Assembly: GCA_037379345.1 (NCBI GenBank) | Contig: CM074515.1 | Span: 5,270,001-5,334,000 of the forward strand | DNA: 64,000 bases | Source of the DNA: Perna viridis | Lineage: Eukaryota | Reading direction: 5' to 3' | In this document: positions 48,669 to 61,100 of the stretch, piece by piece | Layout of the letters: each line of letters starts with the position of its first letter | How positions within the stretch are numbered: the first letter of the stretch is position 1 | Notes under the pieces: model-generated | Told to the model about the DNA's origin: nothing | Seen by the model: only the letters and a program-made list of their open reading frames with translations | Database searches by the model: none | Position numbers and translations under genes: made by a program

Positions 48669-49266
48669 TTTTACGATAAACGTGATGACTTTTCATTCAA
48701 AATTGTCAACTTTCCTTTCATCTGTAGCAACATCCCTTCGGCTCCTGCGTATGGAGTATTCATATCACAACTCATACGTTATGCCAGAGCTTGCCGAAAC
48801 TACACAGACTTTTTGTATCGCACAAGAACACTAACAAATAGGCTTCTGGAGTAGGGTTATGTTGATACAAGATTGAAGTCATCACTACAGAAGTTTTGTG
48901 GTCGTTATCATGAACTCGTGGATCGTTATGGTGTATCCATCGGCACCACGAGAACTGATTTATTCAACGGGTCATAGTTTTCCTTCCCTCGTTTGTCTAC
49001 CCCGGACTTGACTTTTTATGAGTAACTCAGCGGGTGTTTCTAGAAAAACAGAGGACGCTTACCCTACCGGTGCACCTGGTCCATGCTCCCAGTTTTTAGT
49101 GGAGTCCGTGTTGCTCATTTACTTTTGTTACTTTGTATGTATGATTTTAGTTACTTTATGTTCTTTGTTGTGTATTGTTGTGTATGTCTGTTTTCCATGT
49201 CTGGTCTTTGTCCCTGGATTACATTCTTTTGATTACCGCTATAACCTGGTTCCCTTGATTACTCTT
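48669..49266 (+). mobile_element. Penelope-like 5'-truncated copy (RT C-terminus plus 3' UTR) with 6-bp TSD TTAGAA
   Basis: YDKRDDFSFKIVNFPFICSNIPSAPAYGVFISQLIRYARAC; TTAGAA at 48663-48668 and 49265-49270. Confidence 0.92.
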
Positions 49267-50452
49267 AGAACTAAAGTAAATATGGCTAAATCGTCCGTTC
49301 TCATAAAATTAGAGTGGGGTGTATAAACAGCAACTTAATAGTTCTAATAGATTTGCGACACTTCCTTTTAAATTATCTGGCCTTTCCTGGTTTGTTTTTA
49401 AATTGTATTTTATCATCTATTGATGATGAACATTTGCATGTGAATTTTACCTGATGCTGTTCGAGTTCGTTTTCTTATTAGTGAGCACGGCTTACCGGGT
49501 CTTATTTTGATGCGTTGAGGATTGACTTATTTAAAATCTTTTTTAACAAACGATCGTCCTTTAATCGGTCATCAATGAGTAATGAACTTATCAAATCATT
49601 ATTTATGCATCTTATTTAGAAAGACGAATTTTTTTTTAACATTCTTACTATAGTGACATTTGTTAACTAATATTAGCATTCAGTTGTATTTATACATGTA
49701 TTTTAAACCAGTCACTGAATTATTTAACCCCAATGACGGTTGCCCTCGTTGTAAAGAGGTAGTTTCCACATAAAATATAATAAGTCGAAAAGTGTCGTAA
49801 TAGCCTCAGTGATGGCTCAACTTAACGATATCTTTTCCATCCACCAAAGAATTTTTTGTTATGGATGAAATGTGCATTACATATTATTGATAATTTATCA
49901 ATCGAATGACGATGATAGGTTTGTTAAAAGTTTTTGTGGTTATGTATGTTATCGATTCATTTGTCGATATGCATGCAAGTAACAACAGCTTAGTGTGCAC
50001 AAAACAATAGTCCTTTGAGAGGTTTTTTTAGATTCTGAATTCATGACACTATCATGTATCTAAACCTATGGATGTGTGCACGTACTTACATAATGATCAC
50101 CCGGATTTTTTCTCAGTTTTGCTGTTTTGAAAGCAATCTGGCCGATTAGAATTAGTGGTTGAATGACATGCAAAATTCTCTTAGTATATTGAATTATTTC
50201 TCAAATTAGAAGATATAATTACTGTGCATATTTGAATACCAGGAGTAAAAGGAAGGTGATATACCAGGAGTATAAGGAAGTTGATACTATTTACCGTTTT
50301 TAATTCTAAGCAACAAAGTATGACTTTTAAATAATTGATTCGATTACAATTTTCCGCCAGGATTTAGTTTCATAATATATATCCGATGTCAATAAAATAT
50401 CTGGAGGATCTAGAAGGAAATATGTAAAGAACGAGCCGGGTTAGAGTGGTAT

Positions 50453-51128
50453 GTGGATTTCTACTATCCCATAGCATCAACAACGATTAGATTGTCCGCA
50501 ACAGTAGTGAAAATAGCATTAAACCAGACTTTGGATGATTTTGTTTCTGCAAGTGTTACTTCAGAAAAGGACGATAATGTCGGTTTATCAATGCATTCCG
50601 TTCTTTCTTTAAGTTCACAACAAATTTCCAATATCGAACCAGAGAATGGGTATTCTTGCCATTGTATGGATTAGCAGACGGAAATTTTTACACTATACAC
50701 GTACCAGCACTTGCCTGTATCAGTGTGGGTTTTATATCAGCAGTTGCTATTCTTGCCTATTCCTTCACTCATCAGAAAGTTACAACGTTTTTCAGTTGGA
50801 CTGCAAGTGAGAGATTCGTGGTCTATATGGCTGTATGTGACGCTTTATTTAACACGGTACATTTTAGTGATCATTTTCATATCGTGTTAACAAAGCAACA
50901 TCCAGCACCAACACTGTGTGTTCTCTATGGATTTATGTTGGCAGAGTTAATTTCAGCACAAAATTTGATGGTGAAAGTCATTGCCATTAATGTCTTTGTA
51001 ACCGTGTTCCGAAAGAAACTGAAGTTTGGTCGGTGGGACCATCGTTTACGTGTTTATAGTTTCGGACAACCTGCCATTGGTGCATTGGTTGCGGTTATCC
51101 TGGATACTCTTGGACCAAACGGATCCTT
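50453..51128 (+). pseudogene. 7TM receptor-like gene (cAMP-receptor/GCR1-like appearance), exon 1, frameshifted near 50653
   Basis: LPLYGL..GNFYTIHVPAL, FFSWTASERFVVYMAVCD, ~4 TM segments, GPNGS(F)|GTAAGT donor. The N-terminal part (50453-50652) is in a different frame. Confidence 0.7.
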
Positions 51129-51694
51129 GTAAGTTATCCTCTGTAGCTTATTTACTTTGATGTAAAAATCCCTAAAATCTATGATTTTGTGAAATTGAAG
51201 AAGACCCCGATGTAAAGAACACACGCACGATCGAGCCATATGCACGAGAAAAGACGCTTATGTATGTGAAATTTATTTAAAATGTAACAAACTTCATAAT
51301 GGAAGTGCACTGTAATCAAAAATATTATACCGTAAATCCCATTTTTACTGTAGACGGTTGATTTCTTTTTACTTTCAGCAGAAGATGCCTTAAAAAACAA
51401 AAACTTTAAAAAATTATAAAATTAAAAGCTAACCATTGTTGAATTGTGAGTTATAAACTAAGAGTCTTTCTGTAAAGATAAAAAAGAAACATGTCAAGTC
51501 ATGAATGGAATTTTTTCATATGTCGTAAAGTATCAACAGTATTTGGTAAATGCTCTTAAAAATGACAATTTTTTAACGAAAAAATAAGTTACAGCTATAG
51601 CCCTTTAGCATCCCAAAATATATCAATTAGGCAAGAAGCAATCTATGAGTAAATACATGATTGTATATTATATCTAATTAAAATTCTAGCACAC

Positions 51695-53390
51695 TTATAT
51701 AGAAAATATGGGTGACAGGAGACAACCTTGGCGTATTTCTTGCATGTTCATCGAAGGATGGTGAGAGTTTTGAATTTTGGAAGACTTGGCATTTGTTTTT
51801 TTTTGTAGGGTCCTTAGATAATCTTTACAATTTGACAGGAATTCCACAGTGTCTTTTTTTAGCGCTAATGCCTTCTTGAAGTCCACGAAGTTTATGTGGA
51901 GGACTGATTGCCATTTCATTTACTCCTCGATGATGACCCGTAATGTGGCAGTTTGCTCAATACATCATCGACCGCATCGGAATCTGAAGAGTAGCTGAAT
52001 TCCTCTCCAGTTTTTGGCAGTTGCTCTGGTCGCCCTTCTTTGGAAGCATAATGATGAAGCTTAAACTCCACTCCTCATGGATTTCCACTGTTTCCCAGAT
52101 AGCTCATGCAAGGTGCTGTAGGGCCCCGTGCAGGTCCGAGTGTCAAAAGAATATGTGAAATATTGCTGCTTGGGCGTTTAACTCCAACAATCAATCAATC
52201 ATTCGAGATGTTGTAGGTTTTTTCCGGGTTGATCTTCAAGACCTCAGGTGGAAATTTGGTTCGGTCCTGGTGTTTTTCCAGTCCTTATTTGTAAGGCTTT
52301 TATTATTTCATCCTTCGAGATTGGGCCAGTATCAACATTAAGGTCTTCTTCAGGAGGTAGATCAGGAGCATCTGATATATCTTCTCCATTTAAAAGTGGT
52401 AGATCTAGGTTTGTTATCACATTGCCATCTATGTCTTTCACTGATTTTGATGTCTTGGTCTTTCTATCTGCCAGTTGTCGTGTGATGGTGTACGCAGTTT
52501 TTGTGTCCTTTCTGCCCATTGCATTCTTAACTTTTGAAGCAAGCTTGTTGATATAGGTTCTTTTATCCTGTCTAGTCCTTTCTCTTTACTTCTTTCCTAA
52601 TGCTTATATGTTAACCATTCTTTCTGCAATCTTGTCTTGACCTGGCCAAGTTATATCTTGACAGACCTACGTTTCTCAGTTGTCTCGATTGTATCGTTAG
52701 ATAACCATGGCTTATATTCCTTCTTTGAGAGTCGAAGTTCTTCTTGGCATGTGGTGTTATATGTGGCTTTTACTCTTTCCCATTGTTTGTCTACTGCGCC
52801 TCTTCCTTTTGTTATACTTTCGCCTTCTAATCTGATCTTGTCTAGTTGCCCTGGCTTTGTTGATCTTAAATTCAGCCACCACAAGATGATGATCGAATAA
52901 TATATCAGCACCCCGAGAAGCTCTAACATCTGCCATGCTCTTCCTCCATCTCCTGGCGACTGTGATGTGGTCTATCTGGTTTCAAGTTTTCATCTCTGGA
53001 GATACCCGGGTTGTTTTGTATATATCCTTGTGAGGTAGTCGGAATGTCGTACCTCCTATGACCAGATTGTTCTGGGGACAAAAAATCTGCATTCGAAGTT
53101 CTCCATTTTCGTTGATGTTACCCATGAGTTCTCCCTGTGTTATCTTTTCAAACTTTGGCATTCATGTCACCCGTTACAATCAAGATGCTCTAAGTGTTGT
53201 TAATCCTAGGGTTGCTTGGAGCTGGTTTTAAAACTCTTCTTTGTCTTCTTTCTCTGCTACGTTGGTAGGAGCGTAGCATTGAATGAGTGTTACTTTTTTT
53301 ATATTCGACATAAATCTTGCCACGATAAATCTTTCACTCACAGGATTCCTTTCGATGAATGATGTTGAGTGAGATTTCTACCAGCTGTCT
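51695..53390 (-). mobile_element. Decayed RTE-clade non-LTR retrotransposon (APE endonuclease plus RT fragments) in the receptor intron
   Basis: Minus-strand CYAPTN, GDMNAK, NLVIGG, QIDHIT, RGAD (endonuclease); INFVDFKKA and IRQGCLLSP (RT); many stops and deletions. Confidence 0.85.
52123..52200 (+). mobile_element. Internally deleted ~80-bp copy of the structured SINE
   Basis: Exact 5' head GCCCCGTGCAGGTCCGAGTGTCAAAAGAATA joined to the 3' tail TGAAATATTGCTGCT...CAATCAATC; diverged TSD-like flanks (14/18 match). Confidence 0.8.
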
Positions 53391-53664
53391 CGTACATAAG
53401 TTCCTTGGTCTTTAACTATAGGTAGCAAAAAATAGTCAAAAAGTCTACGCAATTACCACAATGGGAAAAATGATGGTATTCTTATCTTTTCTCTATTGTG
53501 GAGATACAATACAAATTGGTTTAGTGGTAGTTCGTGTATTTTTTGCATCTTTCTAATAGTTTGTTTAACAAACTGGATCAATATAACACAAAATATTCTC
53601 TGGATATTGATATCCATTTAGTTGCTCATTATAACATTATGAATTTTTCGGCTATAAACTGTTA

Positions 53665-55007
53665 TATGGCAAGCCAAAGTGGACAAAAATCAATATTTTG
53701 TAATATTAGAAAATGACTTTGTAATATTAAAAAAAAAATCCTTTGCAATATGGCAAAATCAGTCAATTTTTAATATTACAAAAATCATAACTGGATACGA
53801 CAAATCCATTTTCTAATATTAGACAATCAATTTCCTATAATAAATAATGTTTTTAATGTTAGAAATTCAATTGAATTTTTAATATTAAAATAGTGTTTTG
53901 TGATATTAGAAATCTAATTTGTAATATTCGAAAAATGAATTTGTAGTATTAAATCATTACAAATTCCCGATTTAGGTATATCATAAAATATCACACATTT
54001 TGTAATATTACAAATTGAATTTTTAAATATTAGAAAATCAGTCACTTTTTTTAATATTACAAAATGATTTTCTAATATTAAAAAATCCTCATTGAATACG
54101 ACAAATCCATTTTCTAATATTAGAAAATAATTTTCTAATATTCAAACATATTTTTTTCAATATTCGAAGTTCATTTGAATTTATAATATTAAAAAATGAT
54201 TTCTTAATATTAAAAAAGTGTTTTGTGATATAAGAAATCTAATTTGTAATATTATAAATTCATTTTCTAATATTAGAAAATGCTCATTTTTGTCCACTTT
54301 GGCTGCCATAAAAATCAGTCACATTATTTGATATAACAAAATGATTTTCTTGTAATATAAAATCGAAATTGAATACAACAAATCTATTTTCTTATATTAG
54401 AAATTCAATTGATTTTTTAAAATAAAAAAAGAGTTTTGTGATATTAAAAAATAAATTTGTAATATTAGAAAATCATTTTTTTAATATGAGAAAACACTTA
54501 TTTTGTACTATAACAAAAAATATGTTTTTGATACACGAAAATCAGTTTTTAATATTATTAAAAAAAATCATTTTTTAATATTAGAAATTCATTTAGTAAT
54601 ATTGAAAATTCATTTTCTAATATTACAAATTTCTGATTTAGTAATATTACAAATTTCTGATTTAGTAATATTACAAATTTCTGATTTAGTAATATTACAA
54701 ATTGAATATGTAATATTAGAAAATGAATATGTAATATTAGAAAATGAATTTGTAATATTAGAAAATCACTTTGCAATATTGCAAAATCAGTCACATTTTT
54801 TAATATTACAAAATGATATTCTAATATAAAAAAATCGTTATTGAATACAACAAATCTATTTTCTAATATTAGAAATTCAATTTAATTTTAATATCAAAAA
54901 CACGATTTTAAATATTTTTGTAATATTAGAAATCAAATTTGTAATATTAAAAAATTCATTTTTTAATATTAGAAAACACTCATTTTTGTCCACTTTGGCT
55001 TGCCATA
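53665..55007. mobile_element. AT-rich foldback MITE with one left TIR and two right TIRs (54310 and 55007)
   Basis: TIR TATGGCAAGCCAAAGTGGACAAAA / TTTTGTCCACTTTGGC(T)TGCCATA; interior of ~21-bp AATATT-centred repeats. Confidence 0.85.
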
Positions 55008-55409
55008 GAATGTTTCGTGTCATACATCAATAGAATCGGAATGAAATAAGGAATTTATATGTACCTGGCAAAAAATCTTTGCTAATCTGACATTTCATTT
55101 CCTTTTTCAGCAAAATTGTGACAATACCGGCAGGCTGGTTTTTGGCAGGAACAGTGTCGGGAATTCCCCAAAGCTGCATCCTATTGGGCCGACCTAAACC
55201 CCGGACCACTACATCAATTTAAGTCATTTTAAAACAGTTTTACTGTAGAATGCAACTTAAAAAGATTTTTTAAATTTCACTTAAAACGGCCTGAACCGTC
55301 CTGCGTTGCTTATAGTAATCGGAAACCCGCGGTTAATATATCCAATAAGAAGCCTTACAAAATCGTGATGAGAGAATTCATTTTGCATATTCAAAGGATT
55401 CTGCAAACT

Positions 55410-55610
55410 TATTTGCGCAAACAATTGACTTTTGTGACAAAATTGAAATTTGTTTCACAAAATTGACTTTTGTGACACAAAAATGACTTTTGTCTCACAA
55501 TATTGATTTTTGTGACAATAAATTGAATTTTGTGACACAAAATTGAAATTTTGTAGTGCTATAAATTTTGTCAGTCTGAATTCATTTTTGTTTAACAAAA
55601 TTCACTTTTC
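55410..55610. repeat. ~20-bp tandem repeat AATTGACTTTTGTGACACAA
   Basis: Directly visible, about 7-8 degenerate units. Confidence 0.75.
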
Positions 55611-55779
55611 GACGCCCAGTACCTGTCGATAGAAGAAATGAATTTTATCGCACATATCTTAACAACCAAAGTAACCGTCGAATCAAATGGTATGTAAAAA
55701 ATTCCCGTTTTTTGATAATTATTAATAACTATATTAAACCAAAGGCTATGTGGATAATTTATTAAATTTGTGCCAAATA

Positions 55780-56255
55780 CATCCTCCCGTCAGGGTTTTG
55801 AGTCCACCCTCGCTCCCCTAAACCCTGATATCACTCATTTATATTTAGCGGGTATCGTCCAGCCAATTCGATTGGTTGCATCTCCGGGTGCGAAGCACCA
55901 ATGAAAATCGATTTAACATAAAATGTCTGTGGAAAGGTAAACAATAATACGAGGTAATGGACGATCCGATATAGTAACTGAAAGTTGTATGATGTCACAA
56001 ATGTTGCAATATGAGCAAAAATGATAACTGTAGATTCTGTTTAGAGTCTTTACTGAAATAAATGACTTTATGTGTAGCCATTTTGTAAGTTATATCGAAG
56101 AGTTTCTATTACGAGTGATTTGATTAGATTTTGGATCCGAGTTAAATTTAAGTAACTCACTAGATGGCGCTGAACGATACCCGCTAAATATGAAATGCTG
56201 ATGTCAGGGGTTTGAGGGAGCGAGGGTGGACCCAAAACCCTGACTTGGGAGGATG
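55780..56255. mobile_element. MITE with ~85-bp TIRs
   Basis: CATCCTCCCGTCAGGGTTTTGAGTCCACCCTCGCTCCC...ATATTTAGCGGGTATCGT is mirrored at 56170-56255. Confidence 0.82.
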
Positions 56256-56753
56256 GCAAAATAAAGAAATATTGTAACACTCAAACAAGCAAATCCAACA
56301 TTTTCCACTGTAAAAAGTATTATTTTTTTAACATTACATAATGGTTGGTTTAATGCGCCAAAGCCAAGAAAGATTGTGTACTTTGTGTAAGAATGGAATA
56401 GGGGATGTATATTATATTTTATTTATGTGCAATAATAGTGTAGTGACAGAATTCAAGAGCAAACTTATTCCCAAGAATGGATACATTTACATAAATGCTT
56501 ACCTATTGTCATATTGAGGTTTACAAACAACTAGCTCTTTTATATATAAAAAAAAAAAAAATCAGTCAATTATTTTGGCATGAGCATTCTTTGTCTGTTC
56601 TTTCTTGCCATGTATGATTTGTATATATGTTTGACCTCATGTTACACATATTATGTGTCTGAGTGTTATCTTTAAAAGGTTTACAAAAAGATCCATTAAA
56701 AATGAGAAATATGTTTTTTTTAAAGTTCGTTATTAAAATCTGTAGCCATTGTT

Positions 56754-57270
56754 TATGGCAAGCCAAAGTGGACACAAATCAATATTTTGTAATATTAGAA
56801 AATGAATTTCTAATATTACGAAATCATTTGTTTAATATTAGAAAAGATTGTTTAATATTATAAATTCATTTTCTAATATTACAAATTCCTGATTTAGGAA
56901 TATTATAAAACATCAGACATTTTGTAGTATTACGAATTGAATATGTAATATTAGAAAATGAATTTGTAATATTAAAAAATGACTTTGCAATATTGTAAAA
57001 TCAGTCACATTTTTAATGTTACAAAATGATTTTTTAATATTGAAAAATCGTAATTGAATACGACAAATTCATTTTCTAATATTAGAAAATCAATTTCTAA
57101 TATTAAAACGTCGCCTTTTAGTATTAAAAATTCATTCGACTTTTTAATATTAAAAAAGAGTTATGTGATATTAGAAATCTAATTTGTAATATTAGAAAAT
57201 GAATTTGTAATATTAAAAAATCATTTTTAATATTAGAAAATACTTATTTTTGTCCACTTTGGCTTCTATA
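56754..57270. mobile_element. Second copy of the AT-rich foldback MITE
   Basis: Same TIRs: TATGGCAAGCCAAAGTGGAC / GTCCACTTTGGCTTCTATA. Confidence 0.85.
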
Positions 57271-57433
57271 ATTGTTGCTTCCATTGATTTCCCTTTCACA
57301 TGAACAACAGCACAAAATAATGCAATATTAAAGTTTGAATTTTTCAATCTCAAACATTTTTATAACTACTTTGACGAATTTCAAATTTAATATAACTTTA
57401 GAATAAGAAATTATGTAATCGTTACTATTTTAG

Positions 57434-57866
57434 TTGCTACTTTAACGGCGTGAATGGACAGACTGCAAGTATATTATTCACTACAATACCGATGTTCGTT
57501 ATCCTTACGATAGTCATTATACTCTACATCTTCAGTTGGATCAGAATCTATCAAGAGACACGACAGTTAAGGAGATCGTTAGGGCCAGCAGCTAATGCCA
57601 AGACAGTTGCCCATAGGTCGGCCAGGACCATGTCACTATTTGTTACGGCATATCTTATCCAATGGTGGGCTTTAGGTCTTTATGGTATGTGGCAGCTAGT
57701 GGCTGAAGTGTCTCAATTGCTGTTTAACTTTGTAACGACATTTTCTAATATTGGCGGAATACTTAATGGGATTGTGTTCATTATTACAATGAGAAGAAAA
57801 CGTATCGATGGCAAATCTCGACAGTACGAAAAGTCGGTTAAGGACAAAGCTAATACCCAACTATAA
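57434..57866 (+). CDS. 7TM receptor-like gene, exon 2 (TM5-TM7 and stop)
   Basis: TTTTAG acceptor, in phase with the 51128 donor, giving GSF-CYFNGVNG; three TM helices; ARTMSLFVTAYLIQWW; NIGGILNGIVF. Confidence 0.8.
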
Positions 57867-58175
57867 CAACCATAGCATAAATGACCTTCAGTTTCTGACA
57901 CAATGACTCAAACAATTAGTGGCCCTTTTGACGCGTGCACCTTCTTTACTTCAAACATGTTTGATGTGTATTTCATTTTTGTTTTATGAAAGGTTGTTTG
58001 AATATTACTATTATGAAAATAATGATATGATTTTACATCTTAAAAAGTGGCGCCCTTTACCAGGTGTCTCTGAAATTCAATCTCATCAAAATTTTTATGG
58101 TTACCAAATTTCACCTATGTTCAGATATGCAAAAGTATGTTACAACTGAGTATTGAAATCGTTCAGATAACAAAA

Positions 58176-61100
58176 ATACGACTTAGATTTTGGGTATGAG
58201 AAATCCAGTTTACACTTTGTGGACCTTTTGAAAACAGAATACCAAATAAATTCAAATTTTGGAAAACATGTTAAAAAACATTGATTCTTGCCTAGTTGTC
58301 ATAGTATTTATAAGCATATTCATTAATACAACAGCACTATAACAGCACAAGGCATTTTAGAACAGCAATATGTACAAAGGTACATGTAGCAACATTTAGG
58401 AAATTGGTTGCCTCATCAATGTACCAAGTTCAATAGAACTTCTATAAATAATGTTCTGTGAAATTACACATCCATGTAAATGTTTTCAAGAACATCAATT
58501 GTGATTATTGAACTAGTGACCTCATTTGCTCATGGGATGGGTAATGAATTAGCTTTATTACTTTCATGTAACTTATTCTTTATTGGCAAAAGGGTTAACA
58601 AAGTCCTTTTATGGCTTTGGTTAGCTCACCATGACTATTGGTCAAAGTTCTATGTTGGAAATATGAAAAAAAAATGGAATTGCAAAGAAATGAATATTTT
58701 GTTTATTTAGGGGTATAAATACACCAGCAAGAGTTATGAATATTGCTTTTTGTTCCCCGCCGCAATGGGAAAGGGGACTTGAATACTGGTGTCTGTGCTT
58801 GTGTCAATCAGAACCTTGTAGATACAATACCTCAGAGATCGCTGTATGGATTTTGTTCAAACTTTGTAGGATGTGTAATCCCCATATGTAGTTAATCATA
58901 TATAACCGTCATTTTGATTCAGGAAATTTTACAGGAGTTATAGAACTTCGTTGATTTTTTACTTGGTTTACTCTAGAAACATGTTGTGGACGCAACTCCT
59001 CGGAAACTGCTGAACAGATTTTGTTCACACTGTGTAGGGTTGTTAGTCACCATGTCTAGTTGATCGTATATAACCACTATTTTGATTCAACAAATTTTAC
59101 AGGAGTTATGGGACTTGGTTGATTTTCTACTTGGTTAAGTATAAGAACACTTTGTGGACGCAACTGCTCAGAAACCACTGAATAAATTATCCACGGATTG
59201 AATTTCATATTTTTTTTGACTAGCTAAATTTAGTAAATACTGAAAGTTTACACTCACTAAATTTGAAGTTTTTTTGGTTATTTCTGGACTTTTCATACAT
59301 GACATATAGAATTCTACTAGCAAATTTTAGCAAGTGGAAATAATTTCTACTAGCAAAATTAAATTTCAATTTACATTAATCAAGTATTTCCCCTTAAAGT
59401 TTTGCTCAAAGTTTGTAGGATTGTTATTATCCATTTAGTTACTTTTGAATTTTACAGGAGGTAGGGGCTTTTAAATGTCACCCTTTTTTGCGGCTTGGTT
59501 CCATTAAGATTGACGGTTCTTTCAGCTTTTGGCCTATTATTAAAAAAAGATTTAAGAGAGAAAGGGGTTACATTTTTGATATTTTAAAACAAAAATGTTG
59601 GTGTGCTTTTCATGGATAGAGCATCTTGTTATAGTACATTTAGACGCATCCATTTAAAGTGTTGGTCTTGGTTGTGTATTTGTTCTGAGATCAAATTATT
59701 TTTTCTGTATGCTTCATGCTGACATACATTATGTGCTGTTACATCAAATTAAATGATTGCTACTTGTACATCTTAATCCTACATGTACTACATTTAGATT
59801 TTGTTTGTACACCATTTAATCCTTTAAAACTTAAGAACTTCTTTGGTGCTAATACATAATCATGTCGTGTTTTATTGTAAATTGATGAACTTTTACAATG
59901 TAATAATTATATGTTTAGTTTCCATTATTTGGTTGATTTGTCATATCCTATTATGATAACTAATCTGTCTTTTCCAAAGCTCTCCATTCAAATATGGTCC
60001 TTCTGGTCACGTCGTTACGGGAGATTTAACCATTATCGAAAACGAATCTCTACGTAATATCCTTTCTAAAGGTCCCAAGTACCGTGAACCACGCTCCATA
60101 AATTGGAATTATAACTTTAAAGTTCTTATGGATGCCGTCGAGGACTATGCAAGAAAATGGGTCAATGAGTGCCAATTTAAGTAGGTTAATGAGTGCCAAG
60201 GCTACATCAGTTTTCAAAGACCCCGATGTAGCAAAAACATTGTCTACTATACATGACAAATATGTTGTCGTACCAGCAGACAAAGCCCAAAACAACATTG
60301 TTTTTGTCTGCAAAACATTTTATATCCAATGTTTATTATCAGAGGTAGACGTAGAAAATAATAGCAGTGATAAGACCTATATTGCTACCACTCTCTCCAA
60401 AGAAGAGATTGTAGAAAACCATAAATCTGTGCTATCCACTTTTGGTCTCTCTACCAAGGACGATGATTGTGATTTACCGTCTATGTACTGGATTCCTAAA
60501 CTTCACAAGAATCCATACAAACAACGTTTCATAGCTGGATCTGCAAAATGTACCACCAAACTTCTTTCAAAACGTTTAACTTCTATACTCACAACTGTCA
60601 AAGAGGGTCTGCAGTCTTACCACAACACTTGTTACTCCCGTAGTGGTATTAATTCAATGTGGATCCTGAAAAATCCGAAAGATCTTTTGGAGACAATCAG
60701 TTCAAGACTATTATCTGAATATAATAGCATTAAAACCTATGATTTTTCAACATTGTATACTTCTATTTTCCATACTCAGTTAAAATCCCGACTTAAAAAC
60801 ATACACCGTTCTTTTTCCAAAAAGATGGTACATCTAGATACAAATATATAGTTCTTGGTAGAGATTCCTCATACTTTGTAAGAAATAATTCCAAATCATC
60901 TTCCAAATATACAGAGGAAGATGTTTACAAAATGCTGGAATTTTTATCGAAAACATATTTGTCTAGTGTTGTGGACGTGTTTTTCAACAAACGGTCGGCA
61001 TTCCAATGGGAACAAATTGTGCTCCTTTACTTGGTGACCTATTTCTTTACTCCTATGAGGCTGACTTTATAGCTGATTTGATCAAATAGAAAGAATATCG

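Noticed and set aside
54503-54829. Repetitive ORFs (VILQISDL / ILLNQKF)
   Set aside because: Artefacts of the 21-bp MITE-internal repeat, open on both strands.
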